Source: Myxococcota bacterium (GTDB taxonomy: Bacteria > Myxococcota_A > UBA796 > SXON01). From it: a stretch of DNA of 64,000 nt. The stretch lies in contig JAZKFH010000055.1 in assembly GCA_040386535.1 (NCBI GenBank), positions 32,001-96,000 of the forward strand. The letters run 5' to 3'. The notes beneath the pieces were generated by a model. That model was given only the letters and a program-made list of their open reading frames with translations, was not told where the DNA came from and did not search any database. A program made the translations under genes and the position numbers. This document shows positions 59,760 through 64,000 of this stretch, piece by piece (the first letter of the stretch is position 1; every line of letters begins with the position of its first letter).

Positions 59760-60794
59760 ATGGAAACCGTAGTAGTCACCGTCCAGGGCGATGCGGGAGA
59801 GGTCGACTCCGGGATCGACCTTGCCGTTGGCGACGTGGTCGAGTTGAGCGCGTCCGGGCAGGTAGGGCATCACCAGAGTCTGGGGGCGAATGATCTCTGG
59901 AACCCGGATGGGACCAGCGCCAATAGGCAGGAGGGCGTCACCGACCGATCCGGCGCGTTCGTGTTCCCGGATCTCGTGACCTTCAGCCTGATCGGGCGGG
60001 TGGGTGACGGCGACCCGTTCGTCGTGGGATTCCAGATCTCACACTCGGTGACGGACTCCGGTCGGCTGTGCTTCCACTTCAACGACCACAAAGGAGCGCT
60101 CGGCAACAACAAGGGTGAATTCGTCGTCACGGTCGCGATCACCCGTTCCGCCAAGGCCGTACAGGATTCGTGTGGGGCTGCTCTGGATCGAGTGAAGCGG
60201 GCGTTTGGCGACGTCCTGGCAGAGCGCAAATCGTTGGAGAAGCCGCCAAACCTCACCGTGACCAGTTGCCCGGTTCCGTACAGCAACGCGCAGGTGAAGA
60301 CCAATGACGATGAAGCCTCAAACAGCGGATCGCTCGCCGGCCTCTGCTTCAAAGCTCCGAAGGGCACGAAGCTCACGATCACCGAGGAGGGGCGCAACGA
60401 GGGCGGTGGCACGCTGTTCTTCGTCCCGCCTGGCTGCACCACCACCTGGATAGGCGCCACCTTTTCTCAGGGGGCGGTGGACAAGGGATTCCTGAGGAAG
60501 GCCCCGGACGGGGTTTACACCCATACGGTCAGGTCTCGGCGAGAAGGAGAGGGGGCCGCGACGACAGACGGGCGCGACGCCGGCAGCGCCGAATCGTGGC
60601 TCTTTGAGCAGTGGCTGGAGAACTGGCACCATGAGCGCTGGGTAGAGACTTTCCGCGACGGCCACGGGCACGAGGCCCTAACAGTGGCGTTCCGGAGGAC
60701 CTACTCGTTCACTTTTCAGAACGACGATGCCGTCCTCATCTTTCCGCGCTCGACCGACCCCGCCACGGTCAGCTTCACGGCGACCTTGGAGTAG
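59760..60794 (+). CDS. Hypothetical protein with N-terminal LecA/PA-IL-like lectin domain
   Basis: DSGIDLAVGDVVELSASG...SLIGRVG...FVVG...SGRLCFHFND...NNKGEFVVTV. Confidence 0.55.
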   Translation: METVVVTVQGDAGEVDSGIDLAVGDVVELSASGQVGHHQSLGANDLWNPDGTSANRQEGVTDRSGAFVFPDLVTFSLIGRVGDGDPFVVGFQISHSVTDSGRLCFHFNDHKGALGNNKGEFVVTVAITRSAKAVQDSCGAALDRVKRAFGDVLAERKSLEKPPNLTVTSCPVPYSNAQVKTNDDEASNSGSLAGLCFKAPKGTKLTITEEGRNEGGGTLFFVPPGCTTTWIGATFSQGAVDKGFLRKAPDGVYTHTVRSRREGEGAATTDGRDAGSAESWLFEQWLENWHHERWVETFRDGHGHEALTVAFRRTYSFTFQNDDAVLIFPRSTDPATVSFTATLE

Positions 60795-61217
60795 CCCAAC
60801 GCGGTAGGCTTTGGTCCCGCTCGGGAGCCCCACGAGGGCGGCGTACCACCAGGGCCTGCTGCGGTACGCCGCCCTCAGCTGTACGGCGGCAGGCCTCGTC
60901 TCAGCACATCCGGCAACATGGAGCCTGAAGCGGCGTGTGGCCTCGAAGTTCAAGGGGCGAGGCGCGAACTTCGAGGGACGCACTGCGCCGAAAGGCACGA
61001 GCGGCGGTTGGGTTCGCGCCGGTTCGGAAGTTGCGAATGCCCGGGGCGAGATCCGCGTGCGCGCCTTCGTCGGCGGCGCGCCGGTCGGCCAGGAGACCGA
61101 GCCACTGATCGTGCGCTCGACCTTCCTCAATCCGGCGCGCGAGGGCGCCTTCCTGTGGGGGCCGAACTGCAGGTGGACACCCGCGACGCCGTAGCCGGGT
61201 GCCGTTAGACTCCGGCC

Positions 61218-61775
61218 ATGGGACTCCTCACCTTCAGCCTCAATGTCACCCTGGACGGTTGCGTCGACCACCAGGAGGGGATCGCCGATGACGAGACGCA
61301 CGCCTTCTTCACCCGTCTCATGGACGAGGGCGGGGCGATGCTGTGGGGTCGCGTCACCTACGAGATGATGGAGAGCTACTGGCCGGCAGTCGCCCGCGGC
61401 GACGAGGAGGCGCCGCCGGCCTTACGCGAGTGGGCGGTCAAGCTGGAGGCGAAGCCCAAGTACGTGGTGTCGTCGACGCGCAAGGACTTCCCGTGGACCA
61501 ACAGCCACCACATCGCCGGCGATCTGCGCGAGGCCGTGCAGAAGCTCAAGGACGCCACGCCGGCCGGGGTGCTCCTCGGCAGCGGCAAGCTCGCGACCGA
61601 GCTCGACCGGCTCGACCTGATCGACGAATACAAGCTGCTCGTCCATCCCAGGATCGCCGGCCACGGCCCGACGCTGTACCAGGGCGGGCTGCCCGGCACG
61701 CGCCAGCTCGAGCTGCTCTCGGCGAAGCCGCTCCGCAACGGCGCGGTGGCCATGCACTACCGCCGCGCGCGCTGA
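61218..61775 (+). CDS. Dihydrofolate reductase / RibD C-terminal family protein
   Basis: NVTLDG, WGRVTYEMM, KYVVSST, GSGKLA and LIDEYKLLVHPRIAGHG motifs. Confidence 0.92.
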   Translation: MGLLTFSLNVTLDGCVDHQEGIADDETHAFFTRLMDEGGAMLWGRVTYEMMESYWPAVARGDEEAPPALREWAVKLEAKPKYVVSSTRKDFPWTNSHHIAGDLREAVQKLKDATPAGVLLGSGKLATELDRLDLIDEYKLLVHPRIAGHGPTLYQGGLPGTRQLELLSAKPLRNGAVAMHYRRAR

Positions 61776-61860
61776 ATCACAGGATTCCCATCCCCCAGCG
61801 GCGTCCGCCTCGCGCTCCCCACGCAGCACGGCGGCGATGACGCTGATCCGAAGCCCAGCC

Positions 61861-62730
61861 TCACGCCCACAGCCTCTCCCCCAACCGCGCGGCCAGCGCC
61901 CTCCGCGATGGCGCCACCGAGCGCATCAACCGCTCTCCCGCCCGGCGGCGTGCATCCGGCCGGACCGCACCCCGCTCGGCGAGCCACGCGTCGATGTCCC
62001 AGGCCAGCTGCGCGTGCCGTGTCTCATCCATCGCGATGCGAGCCCAGACAGCGCGGTGAGCGCGGCGACCGCGAGTGGCACGGATGTGCGCCTCCACCGC
62101 GGCCCATGTCTCGTGGACACACCCTTCGACCGCATTGTCGAGTGCCAGGGCGTCGAGGTCGCGGACCGGGCGTCGCTCCACCTCGGGCCGGGGTACGGGG
62201 ATCCCGGCCAGCGCCGCCACCTCCCTCGCGTGACGTGCCTCGTCCCGCGCCGCGGCCAGGCATCGCGCCGCGAGCTCCGGGGGGGCGCCATGGAGCGTCA
62301 GTTCGTGGTGCAGGCGTACGAAGGCGGGGACAGACGCCGCCTCCATGGCCGCCGCCCGGGCGAGACGGCTGCGAGCGCGCGAGGGCTGGAGGCCCGGGGG
62401 ACGTCGGCCGCCCTCGCAATACGTGATGAACGTGCCCTCGCAGGTGAGCGTGAGCCCGGTGCCGGTGTCTGCCGTGTCGCTGGGTACACCCTCGATGGTG
62501 CACGCGGTGGGGTCCTCGATCGCCCCGCGCTCGAAGCTGCATATTTCCCGGCACAACTCCAAGGTCTGCTCGCCTGCTTCCAGCGCGCGCTGATCCAACA
62601 ACCACTGCTGGACCTCCTCGGTCCGCACGGCGTTCGGCTCTGGCTCCGGGCACGACAGGAACAGGCCCGAACATCCCTGGACGCCCGGGACACCAGCAAC
62701 CAGAAACACCGTGGCGATCGAGAGGCGCAT
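61861..62730 (-). CDS. Ferritin-like domain lipoprotein (myxobacterial type)
   Basis: ATG 62730, lipobox VQGC, a Cys-rich N-terminus, GRRPPGL, EAASVPAF, DEARHA, NAVEGCVHET and DETRHA. Confidence 0.8.
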   Translation of the reverse strand: MRLSIATVFLVAGVPGVQGCSGLFLSCPEPEPNAVRTEEVQQWLLDQRALEAGEQTLELCREICSFERGAIEDPTACTIEGVPSDTADTGTGLTLTCEGTFITYCEGGRRPPGLQPSRARSRLARAAAMEAASVPAFVRLHHELTLHGAPPELAARCLAAARDEARHAREVAALAGIPVPRPEVERRPVRDLDALALDNAVEGCVHETWAAVEAHIRATRGRRAHRAVWARIAMDETRHAQLAWDIDAWLAERGAVRPDARRRAGERLMRSVAPSRRALAARLGERLWA

Positions 62731-62849
62731 CCACACTCCAACCAGTGGCCTTAGTCTACCCCAGAATCCCGGGATGCCCCTGCAAGATGCCCAGCGCGCT
62801 CGGCCGCGAGAAGCAGGTGGGTTAGCAGGCGCGCGACGGAGACACAGAT

Positions 62850-63578
62850 ATGGACCAGGCGAGACTTTCCTGGATCGCACACCGGTTTCATCGCTTCTGC
62901 TCTCCCATCGATCCGCTGCGACTCGACGAGCTGCTCGCCCACGTCCCTCTCGGCGCGGATGACAGGGTCCTCGACGTTGGCTGCGGCAACGGCGAGATGC
63001 TCGCACACGTGACGCGAGCCGCCGGCGCGCGAGGGCTGGGACTGGAGCGCAGCCCCTTCCTGATTCCGGAGATCCGGCGGCGGATCGACGCGGGGGCCCC
63101 CATGGAGGTCGTTCCGGGAGACGCCCAGGATGCCGAACTCGTTCCGGGCTTCGCACTCGCGATGTGCATCGGCTCCACCCACGCGTGGGGCGGCATTGGC
63201 CCTACGCTGGATCGCTTCGCCGATTTGGTCGCCCCCGGTGGTCACGTCCTCCTCGGCGAACTGTACTGGAAATCGCCGCCCACACAGGCCTTCTTGGAGC
63301 TTCTGGGTGCGCCGCGGGATGCGTTCATGGACCTTGCCTCCACCGCCTGGAGCGGCGAGCGGAGCGGCTTCACGTTCATCCGCGGACAGACGAGCTCGGA
63401 AAGCGAGTGGGACGCCTACGAAGGCCTGTACCACCAATCGATCGACGCCTGGCTCCGAGAGCATCCCGACGATCCCGACCATGCAGAGATGCGTGTACGC
63501 TTCCGCGCCGTTCGTGACCGCTATTGGGGTGGCGGCCGCGACCATCTCGGGTTCGCCCTGCTGCTCTACAGACGCTGA
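62850..63578 (+). CDS. Class I SAM-dependent methyltransferase
   Basis: VLDVGCGNGE, CIGSTHAWGG, PGGHVLLGE and EWDAYE motifs. Confidence 0.88.
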   Translation: MDQARLSWIAHRFHRFCSPIDPLRLDELLAHVPLGADDRVLDVGCGNGEMLAHVTRAAGARGLGLERSPFLIPEIRRRIDAGAPMEVVPGDAQDAELVPGFALAMCIGSTHAWGGIGPTLDRFADLVAPGGHVLLGELYWKSPPTQAFLELLGAPRDAFMDLASTAWSGERSGFTFIRGQTSSESEWDAYEGLYHQSIDAWLREHPDDPDHAEMRVRFRAVRDRYWGGGRDHLGFALLLYRR

Positions 63579-63641
63579 GGCACTCGCTCTCCGCCGGCAT
63601 TCGTGTACCGTAGGTCTGCCGCATGCACGGCGGAGGTCCCG

Positions 63642-64000
63642 TTGAAACGCGCGCTGAAGATCCTGGGTGTCCTGTGGGCCGTGGGCCTCGTCGGTTGGGC
63701 CGTCGCCGCGGCGCAGGGCTGGGTGGGGGCCGAGGCGAGCAAGGAGCTCACGCGCTCGGAGGACACCGGCGACCGGCCCCTGCTCCGCGCGACGAAGAGC
63801 GACGCGGGCGAGAGCGTCGTCGTCGAGAAGGAACGCCGCAAAAAGGCTCGCCTCCAGCGGGAGCGCCGCGAAGCCGAGGCGCTCCAGAAGCTCGCCGAGC
63901 CGGCTCCCACGACGGAGGGCGCGGCGCCGCTGCTCCCCGCCACCAAGTCCGCCGCGGTTCCTCCCCGCCCCGAGCAGGACCAACCCGCGCTGCTCCCCAG
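63642..64000 (+). CDS. Hypothetical exported/membrane protein, 5' part only
   Basis: GGAGG RBS, then a TTG start: MKRALKILGVLWAVGLVGWAVAAAQ...; the frame is open to the window end. Confidence 0.55.
   Translation, partial: MKRALKILGVLWAVGLVGWAVAAAQGWVGAEASKELTRSEDTGDRPLLRATKSDAGESVVVEKERRKKARLQRERREAEALQKLAEPAPTTEGAAPLLPATKSAAVPPRPEQDQPALLP

Overview
This is a very GC-rich bacterial window, probably from Myxococcota, judging by an AgmX/PglI-type C-terminal domain, a ferritin-like lipoprotein and many Hanks-type kinases. It has two parts. (1) Positions 1 to about 42.3 kb look like a conflict/signalling island that ends at an orphan 3' half of tRNA-Thr(CGT), a probable attR, followed by a terminator hairpin. 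The island carries a kinase-DUF4011-SF1 helicase fusion, an EcsC/TerB-like protein, a DHH-like/CorA-like membrane protein and a HEPN-like/EVE-like multidomain protein. Its core is a tightly coupled 9-gene minus-strand operon: Zn-ribbon-FHA, vWA-TM-FHA, PP2C-TM, two paralogous Cys-rich single-pass proteins (one with vWA), a large tubulin/FtsZ-like GTPase, a degenerate membrane tubulin-like partner, a membrane-anchored dead helicase with a DUF1998 tail, and a kinase-TM-solute-binding receptor. It also carries a pseudokinase, an SBP-LysM lipoprotein, a tandem array of four paralogous kinases with different C-termini, and an McrBC-like pair. (2) Positions 42.4-64 kb hold more ordinary cargo: a GT-C glycosyltransferase, a 2OG-Fe(II) oxygenase, a PAS histidine kinase, an ArsR-P1B ATPase-czcCBA metal-resistance cluster with a divergent YHYH lipoprotein, and small accessory genes. 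The best candidate for an undescribed system is the tubulin-like/vWA/FHA/PP2C/kinase/DUF1998 operon at 9608-28280. All domain calls come from reading motifs by eye; no database searches were run. Several starts were moved from the supplied ORF track to more plausible codons.
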